From NCBI GenBank assembly GCA_963674595.2, contig CAXXFV010000023.1:416001-480000 (forward strand): a stretch of 64,000 nt of DNA, written 5' to 3'. Shown piece after piece: positions 1 to 8,871 of this stretch; position 1 is the first letter of the stretch; every line of letters starts with the position of its first letter. The stretch comes from a bacterium. Lineage in GTDB: Bacteria; Zhuqueibacterota; Zhuqueibacteria; Residuimicrobiales; Krinioviventaceae. The notes under the pieces are model-generated. The model searched no databases and was not told the DNA's origin. It saw only the letters and a program-made list of their open reading frames with translations. The translations under genes were made by a program, and so were the position numbers.

Positions 1-1293
1 AAAACCGGAGATATGGTTGTTTCGCTTTTAACTGACCCCTTTGTGACCATGAAAGGCTGTGAAAACGTTTTGTTTGAAAATATTCAATTCGCATTTTCCA
101 GAGGTAATGGAATTGTTATGGAGGATGGAAAAAACAACAAGATTGCAGGGTGTCAATTTTATTGTTTGGGTGACCATGCCGTTTTGATTAAAGGCGGATC
201 AAATAATGGTGTTACAAGTTCGGACATATATCAGGTCGCATTAGGCGGAATATATATAAATAGTGGTGACAGAGCCTCGTTGACCCCTGCCGGAAATTAT
301 GCCGTCAATAACCATATTCATCATTACAGTAATCTGGTACGAACCTATCAATGGGCTATTGATGTGACCGGTGTCGGAAACCTGGTTGCGCACAACCATA
401 TTCACGATGCGCCCCACGAAGCCATGCATGTGTCAGGCAATGAGCATATTATAGAGTATAATGATGTTCATGATGTTGTTAAAGAAACCGGTGATTCCGG
501 TGCACTGCATACAGGTCGGGACTGGACCTGGCGCGGCAATATCATTCGTTACAATTATTGGCATCATCTGACAGGTGCGGGATTGCATGGTGTGATGGGT
601 GTTTATCTTGATGATTTTTCCAGCGATTTTACTGTATATGGAAATGTTTTTTATAAAGCCGGACGCGCAACTCTCGTTGGTGGCGGCCGGGATAATGTTG
701 TTGAAAACAATATTTATATCGATTGTCATCCCTCTATTCATCTTGACGCCAGAGGATTAAGCTGGGCACATTATTATTTTACCGGCAAATACCCGGTTCT
801 GTTTGAAAAAATGGATGAAATGAACTATTCCAAACCTCCCTATAGTGAAAAATACCCCAAATTGCTTGAACTGTATTCCGATGATCCGGCCGTTCCAAAG
901 GGTAATGTTGTCAGAAGGAATATTTCCTATGGCGGAAGATGGCTGGATGTTTATGATTTTCTCGATTTTGATTTTTCCGTGGTTACCATGGAAGACAATA
1001 TTATTGCTGATGACGATGTTTGGCGGCGTCGTAATAAGGACCAGACAGGACCGGATCCTTATTATTTAAACATAGATATTCAGGAAGGTTATGATCTGTT
1101 AAAAAATGATGAGAACATTGGAAAAGAGTTAAAAAATAATATTTTTGTCAAGGGAAATCCTGGTTTTGAAAATATTGAACAAGAGGATTTTCGGTTGACT
1201 AAAGCGTCGCGCGCAAAGGAGATAGGTTTTGAACCTATTCCTTTTGATAAAATTGGATTATACAAAGACGAATATAGAAAAGTAATTGATTGA
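1..1293 (+). CDS. Right-handed parallel beta-helix protein (GH141/pectate-lyase-like), 5'-truncated
   Basis: Frame is open from base 1. Repeated beta-helix turns (GNxxxNNHIH, HNHIHDAPH, GNIIRYN, GVYLDD). Confidence 0.75.
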   Translation, partial: KTGDMVVSLLTDPFVTMKGCENVLFENIQFAFSRGNGIVMEDGKNNKIAGCQFYCLGDHAVLIKGGSNNGVTSSDIYQVALGGIYINSGDRASLTPAGNYAVNNHIHHYSNLVRTYQWAIDVTGVGNLVAHNHIHDAPHEAMHVSGNEHIIEYNDVHDVVKETGDSGALHTGRDWTWRGNIIRYNYWHHLTGAGLHGVMGVYLDDFSSDFTVYGNVFYKAGRATLVGGGRDNVVENNIYIDCHPSIHLDARGLSWAHYYFTGKYPVLFEKMDEMNYSKPPYSEKYPKLLELYSDDPAVPKGNVVRRNISYGGRWLDVYDFLDFDFSVVTMEDNIIADDDVWRRRNKDQTGPDPYYLNIDIQEGYDLLKNDENIGKELKNNIFVKGNPGFENIEQEDFRLTKASRAKEIGFEPIPFDKIGLYKDEYRKVID

Positions 1294-1296
1294 TAT

Positions 1297-1329
1297 AAAA
1301 AAAGGGCGCTTTCACAGCGCCCTTTTTTT
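1297..1329. terminator. Bidirectional intrinsic terminator
   Basis: AAAAAAAGGGCGCT-ttcac-AGCGCCCTTTTTTT perfect inverted repeat with A/T tracts between convergent genes. Confidence 0.9.
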
Positions 1330-1340
1330 ATGGAAATAAT

Positions 1341-2522
1341 TTATCTTGGCCAGCGGTCTTTTAATTCCGGTAATTTTGGATACTGTGCGTGGGGTTCCTG
1401 TTGATACCAAAATCCAACAGATGAAATGTCATCTGCCAGCGGTCTATAACCGCCGGGTTTACCGGGATACCACCCCAGGGCCTGAATTGTCACTTTTAGA
1501 TCTTTATGAAAATGAATCGGATCCATGATATGCCAGCGATACAGGCTCCATTTTCTTGGTCCGTCACCTTCCTGCTTGCCCAATGTAGTTCCCGCATAAG
1601 CTGTGCTGTATACCTCAGGAAATCCCCAACTGCCGCAGAAATAATCTTCCGTGCCCGTGCCGCAAATGGTTGGAAATTTTTTATCACCATCGATAAAAAA
1701 TTTAATTTCGCCTTCTCCAAACCAGCGGCTGTGAAGTTGTGTCCACGCCAGAAATGTACCGACATACTTGCCTTTGCCTTTTATATTATCCAAAATTGTG
1801 TATTCAGGGTTATCGGGATCGACAACAGCCCGACGCCACTGTGCATGGAAATAGGCCGCATTTTCAGGAATATCTGTTTTAATACCTGTGATTTGATAGG
1901 TAAACAGTCGAAGCGCTTTGTCGTTATCGTTCGTCAAGGTGATTTTTGCGTGTTTTTTAAAGGGCATGGGCCAGTAACAATTTAATGCCGATTTTGGATT
2001 AACAATGACAGGTAAAGAGTTCACCGGAGCAAAAAGATCGTGTCCAACGGCAAAAAAATCTGTCATCGGCACTTCAATGGATGGTTCTGTCTCATTGTCC
2101 CAATAAAAACGTAAAATACATCCCCGGCCATTTCCTTCCCAATTATTATCAGAAGTCATCCAAATATGTTGAATGATTCCCGGTCCTTCAAAATCCATAA
2201 TTGTGACTGTTTCTCCGGCTGCTGGTTTGATAAAAGGGCGGACTTTCCAACCCTGTCCCAAATGGGCGGCCCGGTCTGAAAATATTAAATCCGGATCATC
2301 CGGATTGGGTATGGCCATTCCACCTTTTCCTTTTTCTCCGGTTGGATTTTCAGGTGAAATTGAAAAGGATTCTGCATCGGATAAAAAGGGAAGAGAACCT
2401 AAACTGAAATCAGAATTTGAGTTTACATGGAGTTTGTTAGTTTGGCTAAAAGATACACTTGATAATAAAAGAAAAGGAAGGAGGATTAAGAATATTCGTT
2501 TTTTCACTGGGATTCCTTTCAT
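1341..2522 (-). CDS. DUF2961 / glycoside hydrolase family 172 protein, exported
   Basis: Motifs SISPENPTGEKGKGG, GPGIIQHIW, WFGEGE, GTGTEDYF; N-terminal signal peptide. Confidence 0.85.
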   Translation of the reverse strand: MKGIPVKKRIFLILLPFLLLSSVSFSQTNKLHVNSNSDFSLGSLPFLSDAESFSISPENPTGEKGKGGMAIPNPDDPDLIFSDRAAHLGQGWKVRPFIKPAAGETVTIMDFEGPGIIQHIWMTSDNNWEGNGRGCILRFYWDNETEPSIEVPMTDFFAVGHDLFAPVNSLPVIVNPKSALNCYWPMPFKKHAKITLTNDNDKALRLFTYQITGIKTDIPENAAYFHAQWRRAVVDPDNPEYTILDNIKGKGKYVGTFLAWTQLHSRWFGEGEIKFFIDGDKKFPTICGTGTEDYFCGSWGFPEVYSTAYAGTTLGKQEGDGPRKWSLYRWHIMDPIHFHKDLKVTIQALGWYPGKPGGYRPLADDISSVGFWYQQEPHAQYPKLPELKDRWPR

Positions 2523-2598
2523 GTTTTTAATGAAATGAACTGTTAAAAGGTGCCTTTTAATCAGAGTAATATGACCTATTGTGGATAAAAAAACAATA

Positions 2599-3333
2599 CT
2601 ATTTTACCCATGTTATTGCCTGATATACCAATTGACGATAATTATCATTTTCAAATGCCTGGTGACCGTGTCCGGGCTGAATATACACTATTTTCGAATT
2701 CTTGTATTGATGCGCCCAACCGATTATTTTATCACTTTCAGGGTGATCGGTAGTGAGCAAAATCTGCACATCAGGTTCGACTTTGTAATGACTGTAAACC
2801 TCATCATAAATATCAAAAGATTTGATACCTTTGGTTACTGAATGTTTGGTATTTTTAATGTTTATTCGAACATTTACATCATGTTTATAATCTGATAGTA
2901 AACTGTCCGGTGTTGTTTCTAATTTTAATATATAACGCCCACCTATAATGTATTCAAACTCTTCCCATGTTTGATAAGAAGCCAGGGAATGGTGCAGAAA
3001 AACCATTCCTTTGCCTTTTTTTAAAAGAGCTGTTAGTGCCTGTTTTTGAGTGTCAGAGATTTCCTGAACCATATCATAAAAAACAAGAACATCATATTTC
3101 TTTATTTCAGGTGAACCGTATATCTCATTTGCCTCCGGTTGGGCCATGTTTGTGTATGATATATCGGGCATATTTTTAAACATATTGAAAAAAGGCCCAT
3201 TTTCAAAATCATGACCGCCGGTGATAATTAAAATATTTGTTTTATTCGAACATGCAGAGAAAAGCAGAAACAAAAACAACATGGTAAGGATTTTGTAATC
3301 CCGGATAAAATGAATCATTGTTTTAACTTCCAT
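2599..3333 (-). CDS. ThuA-like domain lipoprotein
   Basis: LIITGGH, YDVLVFYD, GMVFLHH, DEVY, YIQPGH; lipobox-like LFSAC. Confidence 0.8.
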   Translation of the reverse strand: MEVKTMIHFIRDYKILTMLFLFLLFSACSNKTNILIITGGHDFENGPFFNMFKNMPDISYTNMAQPEANEIYGSPEIKKYDVLVFYDMVQEISDTQKQALTALLKKGKGMVFLHHSLASYQTWEEFEYIIGGRYILKLETTPDSLLSDYKHDVNVRINIKNTKHSVTKGIKSFDIYDEVYSHYKVEPDVQILLTTDHPESDKIIGWAHQYKNSKIVYIQPGHGHQAFENDNYRQLVYQAITWVK

Positions 3334-3362
3334 TATTTTTCCTCCGATTAAATATAGTTATT

Positions 3363-4589
3363 TTATTCGGTGTTTTGATTTTTATTCAAGATACGTTGTA
3401 AACTTTTCATGTTCATCATCAGGAATCGGGGTTGATGAAAATTTCCGCGTCTCATGGGATGAACACCATTTTTTTCTCTGGATAACGGTTCTCCGAATCG
3501 GTCGACGGCCTGTTCCCAGGCGCCGATACCACGACATATCTTTTTCTTTACATAATCCCAGGTTTTATCATAATAGTCTCTGGCCCAATATTCGTCACAG
3601 TGTTCACGGACCATCATACAACCGATTAAAATTTCCGTATGTGCCCACATTGTTTTTAAATTATAATCCGGTCCCTGGAATGTATCCGGACCGCCGAATA
3701 CATGGTAATCGCCGCTTCCCCAGCCGTCAAAAACATGGTCCCAGCCCATATCAAGATAGCGGTGAAAATGGTCTTTGGCATCGTTAAACAGTCCTTTGTC
3801 CTGTTTAATCAAGGCCGCTTCCATAACCATCCATTGTGTTTCAAGCGTATGTCCCAAAAACATGGTTTTTTCAACGCCTTTTATTCGGGAGTAATCCCGG
3901 TTCAGCGTTTCATTTGAGATTCGATAGGTCGGATGATAAAAACGTGTCATGATATTTTCAATGTGGTGATTCCACAATTTTGTCAGAGCACTGTCTTGAT
4001 CAAATCTAAGCAACTGTGTTATTACCCACATAAACAACATGGAATGGCCCTGAATTCGCAACCCTTCATCGGGTGTACCTTTTCGGTAATTTGGATTTTC
4101 ATAGGCCTGGTCTGCTGTGTGAATGGATAATTTGGCCAGTTCCAGATCCTTTTCATTTTTAGTCGCCAGATAATATTCAATCAAACCGCTTGCGGCAAAC
4201 AGCCATCCGTAAATATCTGCTGATGGTTTGTCCGGTTTGGTGATGTTGCCGTTTGTGTCGGCCATTTTGTGCCAGCGTCCGTTTCCGGCATACATGTGGT
4301 TGACGAGAAAATCATGCAAACGATCGGCAATCTCCAGATATTTTGGGTCTTGACCGAAATTATTATACAAATATGAATACACCCAAAGTGCGCGCGACTG
4401 ATACCAGATAAAAACCTGGTCGTCTACCGGAACACCGTTTGTTTCCAGATGGCACTGGAAGCCGCCTTTTTGCGGATTAAACGCATGGGGATGCCAGAAC
4501 GGTAAATATTCAATATATAACCGGGATGTCAGTTCGTCCAGATGGTTTTGTAACGAAACGCCGGCAATTAAATTATCTTGTTTTAACAT
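3363..4589 (-). CDS. AGE-family (N-acylglucosamine 2-epimerase-like) epimerase/isomerase
   Basis: LPFW, WYQSRALWVYS, GHTLE, KTMWAHTE, FHQPR motifs. Confidence 0.8.
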   Translation of the reverse strand: MLKQDNLIAGVSLQNHLDELTSRLYIEYLPFWHPHAFNPQKGGFQCHLETNGVPVDDQVFIWYQSRALWVYSYLYNNFGQDPKYLEIADRLHDFLVNHMYAGNGRWHKMADTNGNITKPDKPSADIYGWLFAASGLIEYYLATKNEKDLELAKLSIHTADQAYENPNYRKGTPDEGLRIQGHSMLFMWVITQLLRFDQDSALTKLWNHHIENIMTRFYHPTYRISNETLNRDYSRIKGVEKTMFLGHTLETQWMVMEAALIKQDKGLFNDAKDHFHRYLDMGWDHVFDGWGSGDYHVFGGPDTFQGPDYNLKTMWAHTEILIGCMMVREHCDEYWARDYYDKTWDYVKKKICRGIGAWEQAVDRFGEPLSREKNGVHPMRRGNFHQPRFLMMNMKSLQRILNKNQNTE

Positions 4590-4598
4590 GAGAATTCC

Positions 4599-4967
4599 TT
4601 ACGATATTGGTTGATAATTTGACAAATCATCTTTGATAGAGTATTTTAAAGTACAGCAATAAAAGTAAAAGGACGCAAGAGAAAAACCACGCATTACCAT
4701 TTCCCACACATGGTTTTCGACCAGAAACAAATCAACCAGCAAAGGTGGGCAGGTAAAAAGGAAAAAAACAGCTATCCAGCCGTATTTTTTAAGCTCATAG
4801 AGCGTTTTTAACATATACGGAGTAAATACCAGCGCCGCACCAATAAAGATATATAATGAAAGAAGACCTATAACATGGTGTAAAATAAATATAGTGACAC
4901 TACTTAATTCATAAGTCAGCCAATAGTTTAACTTTTTCAGTTTTAGTAATTTCTGTTTGCTGGCCAT
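4599..4967 (-). CDS. Hypothetical membrane protein (about 4 TM)
   Basis: 122 aa, mostly hydrophobic; same orientation as and close to the AGE gene. Confidence 0.6.
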   Translation of the reverse strand: MASKQKLLKLKKLNYWLTYELSSVTIFILHHVIGLLSLYIFIGAALVFTPYMLKTLYELKKYGWIAVFFLFTCPPLLVDLFLVENHVWEMVMRGFSLASFYFYCCTLKYSIKDDLSNYQPIS

Positions 4968-5140
4968 TTCCTGTCCCTGAGTTACTGAAAAGCGTGATCA
5001 ATTGTTTTTTAATAGTATACTTTGTTTTCCTCTTAACTTGTATATAAAATTTCTTACCGTATATTACAACTTTATCGTTAAAAAACAAGCTGGAAAAATT
5101 ATTTTTGAGTAGTGGAGATTAAGAGGGGAGAGTAGATAAT

Positions 5141-5171
5141 AAAAAAGCCTCTAATTTTATAGAGGCTTTTT
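5141..5171 (-). terminator. Intrinsic terminator downstream of tRNA-Arg
   Basis: AAAAAGCCTCTA...TAGAGGCTTTTT inverted repeat directly 3' of the tRNA. Confidence 0.85.
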
Positions 5172-5173
5172 AG

Positions 5174-5247
<74 letters not shown>

Positions 5248-5321
5248 AAGATTTTATTGACTTTTGTTTTTAAGATACCTGCATATTTCAAGATATCTGG
5301 TAGAAAAGTCATTAGAAAATT

Positions 5322-5350
5322 AATTTAGCACAATTATAATTAAAATTCAA
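5322..5350 (-). promoter_or_regulatory. Putative sigma70 promoter of tRNA-Arg
   Basis: Minus strand TTGAAT-17 nt-TAAATT about 75 nt upstream of the tRNA. AT-rich context, so could be chance. Confidence 0.45.
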
Positions 5351-5603
5351 GATAAAATTATTTTATTCTGTTACTTTTTATCTTTAAAATTCCAATTTCA
5401 CGGGGACTAAATATTAAAATTTATATCGTGATAACAGCCTCTTTTATCCCTTTATTTTAGTATATATTGATAAAAGTATCATAATATTATGGGAATGATT
5501 TCCTTTTATGATTTTTTAATGTTAATCCAAAACGAGGATTTATTATTCAAGCTTTCAGATCGTGTAATTGATAATTAACTTTATCCGATCAAACTTAAAT
5601 ATA

Positions 5604-5632
5604 TTGACAGGACCGTTCGAAAAGAGCATGAT
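5604..5632 (+). promoter_or_regulatory. Putative sigma70 promoter for the leader ORF/TonB receptor unit
   Basis: TTGACA-17 nt-CATGAT. Confidence 0.45.
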
Positions 5633-5745
5633 CTGTTGATTTTTAAGGAATGAACTTTAGCAAACAAGAGTTGTAAGTAAGTGTTGGAAAATTGAATATT
5701 TTTTTTAACATTAAGGTCGAAACGAGATAAAAAAATAAAGAGAAT

Positions 5746-6063
5746 ATGTTTACAACAATTCAAAACAAATCTTTTAAAAATCATGCATATCTTCTGATTG
5801 CGTTCGCCTGCCTTTTGCTTCTGTTAAGTGCAGGGCAGGATTTGTTTCACAATCACGAACCCGATTCCAAGACACACCAGGATTGTCCTGCCCATCAGAT
5901 TTATCTCATGTTGAGTGCAGCAATTGTGTGCGACTGTGCGTATTGGCTTTTTTATCTCATTGCCCTCATTGTCAAATGGATTTTTCGCCTGGCGAAATAT
6001 TCAATCTCTTATACTTTACATCATTCCCGCGCTCCGCCCTTTCAATTAATGAAAATTGCATAG
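5746..6063 (+). CDS. DUF2946/CruR-like leader protein with C-terminal RAPP arrest motif
   Basis: N-terminal hydrophobic segment, HNHxxxxxxHxxCPAH loop, second hydrophobic segment with CDC, then SRAPP at aa 94-98; lies directly upstream of a TonB receptor. Confidence 0.8.
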   Translation: MFTTIQNKSFKNHAYLLIAFACLLLLLSAGQDLFHNHEPDSKTHQDCPAHQIYLMLSAAIVCDCAYWLFYLIALIVKWIFRLAKYSISYTLHHSRAPPFQLMKIA

Positions 6064-6093
6064 ATCTAAAAAATTTTTCAAAAATTGAAAGGG
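6037..6093 (+). promoter_or_regulatory. Hairpin sequestering the TonB receptor Shine-Dalgarno (translational attenuator)
   Basis: CCCTTTCAATT (6037-6047) is the exact reverse complement of AATTGAAAGGG (6083-6093, covering the SD). Inner TGAAAA (6050-6055) pairs with TTTTCA (6075-6080). Confidence 0.75.
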
Positions 6094-6101
6094 ATGTAAC
6101 C

Positions 6102-8468
6102 ATGTCTTTATATTTTAAAAACTGGTCGTATCTTATTGCCTTTCTATGCCTGTTTTGTATTGTATCTTTGTCGTTCGGCCAGTCGACCTATGGAAGTATA
6201 GAAGGCATAGTTGTGGACAATCACAATAATCCTTTGATTAGTGCTGATATTTTGCTGCCAGCTTTGGAACGCGGGGCAAGCACCAATCGAGAAGGGAAAT
6301 TTCAAATCAAACAAATCCCTGCAGGGACTTTTAAAGTTGTTGCCCGATATATTGGATATCAATCAATAACACAAGATATTACGGTTGTCGGTGGAAAATC
6401 CAGCCAGATGCAATTTTCGCTTCACCAATCTGTGCTGGAATCGGAACCTATTGTGGTAACCGGAAGCCCAATTGCGTCTGATCCATTAAGTTCTCCTCAA
6501 GACATAAACTATATATCCGGACGAGAAAAGATCCGGCTGCAATCCACATCTCTTGGAAAAACCATCGAATCCATTCCCGGTATTTACAATATGTCTGCCG
6601 GATCGGTGGCAGGAAAGCCTATCATTCGCGGTCAGACAGGTGAACGCATCCGTATCCTGAACGACGGAGTAGCCCAGGAGTATCAGCAGTATGGCGAACG
6701 TCATGCACCTAACCTGGATCCCTTTAATGCAGAGCGGGTGGAAATTATCAAAGGTGCGGCCAGTTTGCTCTATGGTTCCGACGCATTGGGTGGAGCTGTC
6801 AACCTGATTCCCAACCGGTTTCACATGTCTTCCGGCAATGAAGCGGATTTTAACGGTTCGTTTACAAGTGCATGGAATTCGAATAACAATGAGCTGATGA
6901 CGGGTATTAAATTCGGTGCGTCTTCCGGTAATTTAGGATTGACCGGATCGCTGGTGAGGAAAAGCGCCGGCAATTTTCATACACCTGATATAGCAACTTT
7001 TTTGGAAACCGGAAAAAACGGTGATCCGAAATTTACTGATGAAATAGATAATACTGATTTTGATCAGATCAACGGTTCTTTAGCGGCAGGATTATTGACC
7101 AGAGCAGGTCTCTTTTCTGTTCATTATGATCATTATTTTAATGAAAATAATTTTCTTTTACCTGCCGGAACGCCTATCGGGCTGAGGCTTGAGAACCAAA
7201 CTATTTTTACCAAGGGCAATATGCCCATGGGGCGTTTTATTTTTAAACCAAAGTTGAGCTTCCAACGCAATCACCGTCAGGCAGCCAAAGCCGGACAGTC
7301 ACGTGATGTATTGCCTGACTCGGCTGTTGTAGATTTAGTACTGGATGTGTATACCGCCCGTTTTGACGTTGAGCATATTGACATTTCCCGTTTTTCCGGA
7401 ACAGTCGGTGTGGAAGCTAAATATTATGATCATGAAAATAACGGTAAGGTACCTCTTCAACCGACCGGACATTTTACCAATATTGCCATGTTCGGATTTG
7501 AAGAGTGGCAGGCGGAAGAACTCACTTTGAATTTCGGGGCGCGCTTTGATCATCGTTCCCAAAAATTCATTGCGTCGTCTTCCAATCCTTTGTTGCCGGT
7601 AGACGATGAAAAAACCTTTTCGTCTTTTTCCGGCGCTTTGGGAGCTTCTTATAAATTATCGACTATGTTGACACTGGCCGCAAACCTGGGTCGGGGATTC
7701 AGAACGCCCAGTTTTTATAATATGTATGTTTACGGCTACCATGGAGGTGTTTTCGCCTATCAAATCGGTAATCCGGATTTAAAGAATGAAACATCGCTGG
7801 ATATGAGCGCCTCGCTGAGACTGCGCAGCCGGCGTGTTGAAGCCTCGGCAACGGTCTTTCAGAATAGAATTAATAATTATATTTTTCTGTATAATGCACC
7901 TAATCATGAACTGGCACCAGGGGGAGAAACCTTTGTTTTTGCCCACGATCAGGCTGATGCGGTGCTTACCGGTTTCGATATAAGTATCAGCGCTACCGTA
8001 TTGGACTGGCTGGTCCTCAGCGCCAACGGATCGACGATTCGCAGTGATTTTGCCAGCGGACCTCATGATGGAAATGAACTTCCATTGATGCCGGCAGATC
8101 GTGTCTGTACGCAAGCTCGATTCCTGCTGCCCGGTACATCCGTTTTTCATTCTCCTTATATTCTGTTTAATTTAAAACATGTAGGAGACAAGGATGCTGC
8201 CGGTATTTACGAACCCTTTGGTCAGTTTGATGATGGTATCGGTCCAAATATTCCTTTTGGTGTGGCTTCTACAAAAGCTTATACCGTATTAAATGCCGGA
8301 TTTGGTTTTGATTTAAATATTTCGAAACGATTCATTAACATAGACCTGGAAATCACTAATTTGCTGGATAATGATTATAGAGATTTTCTGGATACGTATA
8401 AAGGCTATACCCTGGCACCTGGCCGGAGTGTAAATTTAAAATGTAATGTGGCTTTGAATAGTAATTAA
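6102..8468 (+). CDS. TonB-dependent outer-membrane receptor, probably for a metal (ZnuD-like), with N-terminal CarboxypepD_reg-like domain
   Basis: True start likely ATG 6102 (SD GAAAGGGA, signal peptide). IVVTG TonB-box-like segment, plug motif RVEIIKGAASLLYGSDALGGAVN, GNPDLKNE, APGRS C-terminus. Confidence 0.9.
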   Translation: MSLYFKNWSYLIAFLCLFCIVSLSFGQSTYGSIEGIVVDNHNNPLISADILLPALERGASTNREGKFQIKQIPAGTFKVVARYIGYQSITQDITVVGGKSSQMQFSLHQSVLESEPIVVTGSPIASDPLSSPQDINYISGREKIRLQSTSLGKTIESIPGIYNMSAGSVAGKPIIRGQTGERIRILNDGVAQEYQQYGERHAPNLDPFNAERVEIIKGAASLLYGSDALGGAVNLIPNRFHMSSGNEADFNGSFTSAWNSNNNELMTGIKFGASSGNLGLTGSLVRKSAGNFHTPDIATFLETGKNGDPKFTDEIDNTDFDQINGSLAAGLLTRAGLFSVHYDHYFNENNFLLPAGTPIGLRLENQTIFTKGNMPMGRFIFKPKLSFQRNHRQAAKAGQSRDVLPDSAVVDLVLDVYTARFDVEHIDISRFSGTVGVEAKYYDHENNGKVPLQPTGHFTNIAMFGFEEWQAEELTLNFGARFDHRSQKFIASSSNPLLPVDDEKTFSSFSGALGASYKLSTMLTLAANLGRGFRTPSFYNMYVYGYHGGVFAYQIGNPDLKNETSLDMSASLRLRSRRVEASATVFQNRINNYIFLYNAPNHELAPGGETFVFAHDQADAVLTGFDISISATVLDWLVLSANGSTIRSDFASGPHDGNELPLMPADRVCTQARFLLPGTSVFHSPYILFNLKHVGDKDAAGIYEPFGQFDDGIGPNIPFGVASTKAYTVLNAGFGFDLNISKRFINIDLEITNLLDNDYRDFLDTYKGYTLAPGRSVNLKCNVALNSN

Positions 8469-8528
8469 GTGATATATTATAAAAGCAAATCTTAAATGTT
8501 TCCTGTGATTTGTTTTTTTAATCAGATG

Positions 8529-8562
8529 AAAAGCGTTCGGAGAATCTATCCGGACGTTTTTT
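8529..8562 (+). terminator. Intrinsic terminator
   Basis: AAAAGCGTTCGGA-gaatcta-TCCGGACGTTTTTT. Confidence 0.7.
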
Positions 8563-8686
8563 ATTTTTGATACAGGCTCGAAAAAGTGCTAATGTTCTTT
8601 GGTTCAATGTTTTAATTTATTCCTGTAAACCATTGCTCAAAATTAATTGTTTTAGCCATTATGTTATGCTTTGTATGTTATTAATA

Positions 8687-8723
8687 TGATCGTTTTTGTC
8701 TGTTTTTTGATATTTTGTGACAG
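8687..8723 (+). promoter_or_regulatory. Putative DeoR-family operator, upstream array
   Basis: About 10-bp period repeats: TGATCGTTTT, TGTCTGTTTT, TGATATTTTG, TGACAG. Confidence 0.5.
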
Positions 8724-8787
8724 CGCCACTTTTTTCTGTGATTTAAGTTTAATAAAAATAATATTAAGAATTTTTCTTAATTTATAA

Positions 8788-8816
8788 TTGACTTTTGTAC
8801 AGAATTTTCATATAAT
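8788..8816 (+). promoter_or_regulatory. Sigma70 promoter of the DeoR-led operon
   Basis: TTGACT-17 nt-TATAAT, near consensus. Confidence 0.8.
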
Positions 8817-8829
8817 TCAGCAATTAGAA

Positions 8830-8849
8830 TGATCGTTTGTGATCGTTTT
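8830..8849 (+). promoter_or_regulatory. Putative DeoR-family operator, downstream of the predicted start site
   Basis: Tandem TGATCGTTTG TGATCGTTTT. Confidence 0.6.
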
Positions 8850-8871
8850 GTTTTGGTAGAAAGCAGAATGA

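Noticed and set aside
5476-5502. Palindrome CATAATATTATG as a Fur/Zur/NikR box
   Set aside because: Very AT-rich context, poor match to consensus boxes, and far from the predicted promoter.
5883-6101. 73-codon Cys-rich extension (CSNC, CPHC) of the TonB receptor ORF from TTG 5883
   Set aside because: It overlaps the RAPP leader in another frame, has no SD and would bury the signal peptide. The Cys codons are plausibly a by-product of T/G-rich hydrophobic codons. ATG 6102 has both SD and signal peptide.
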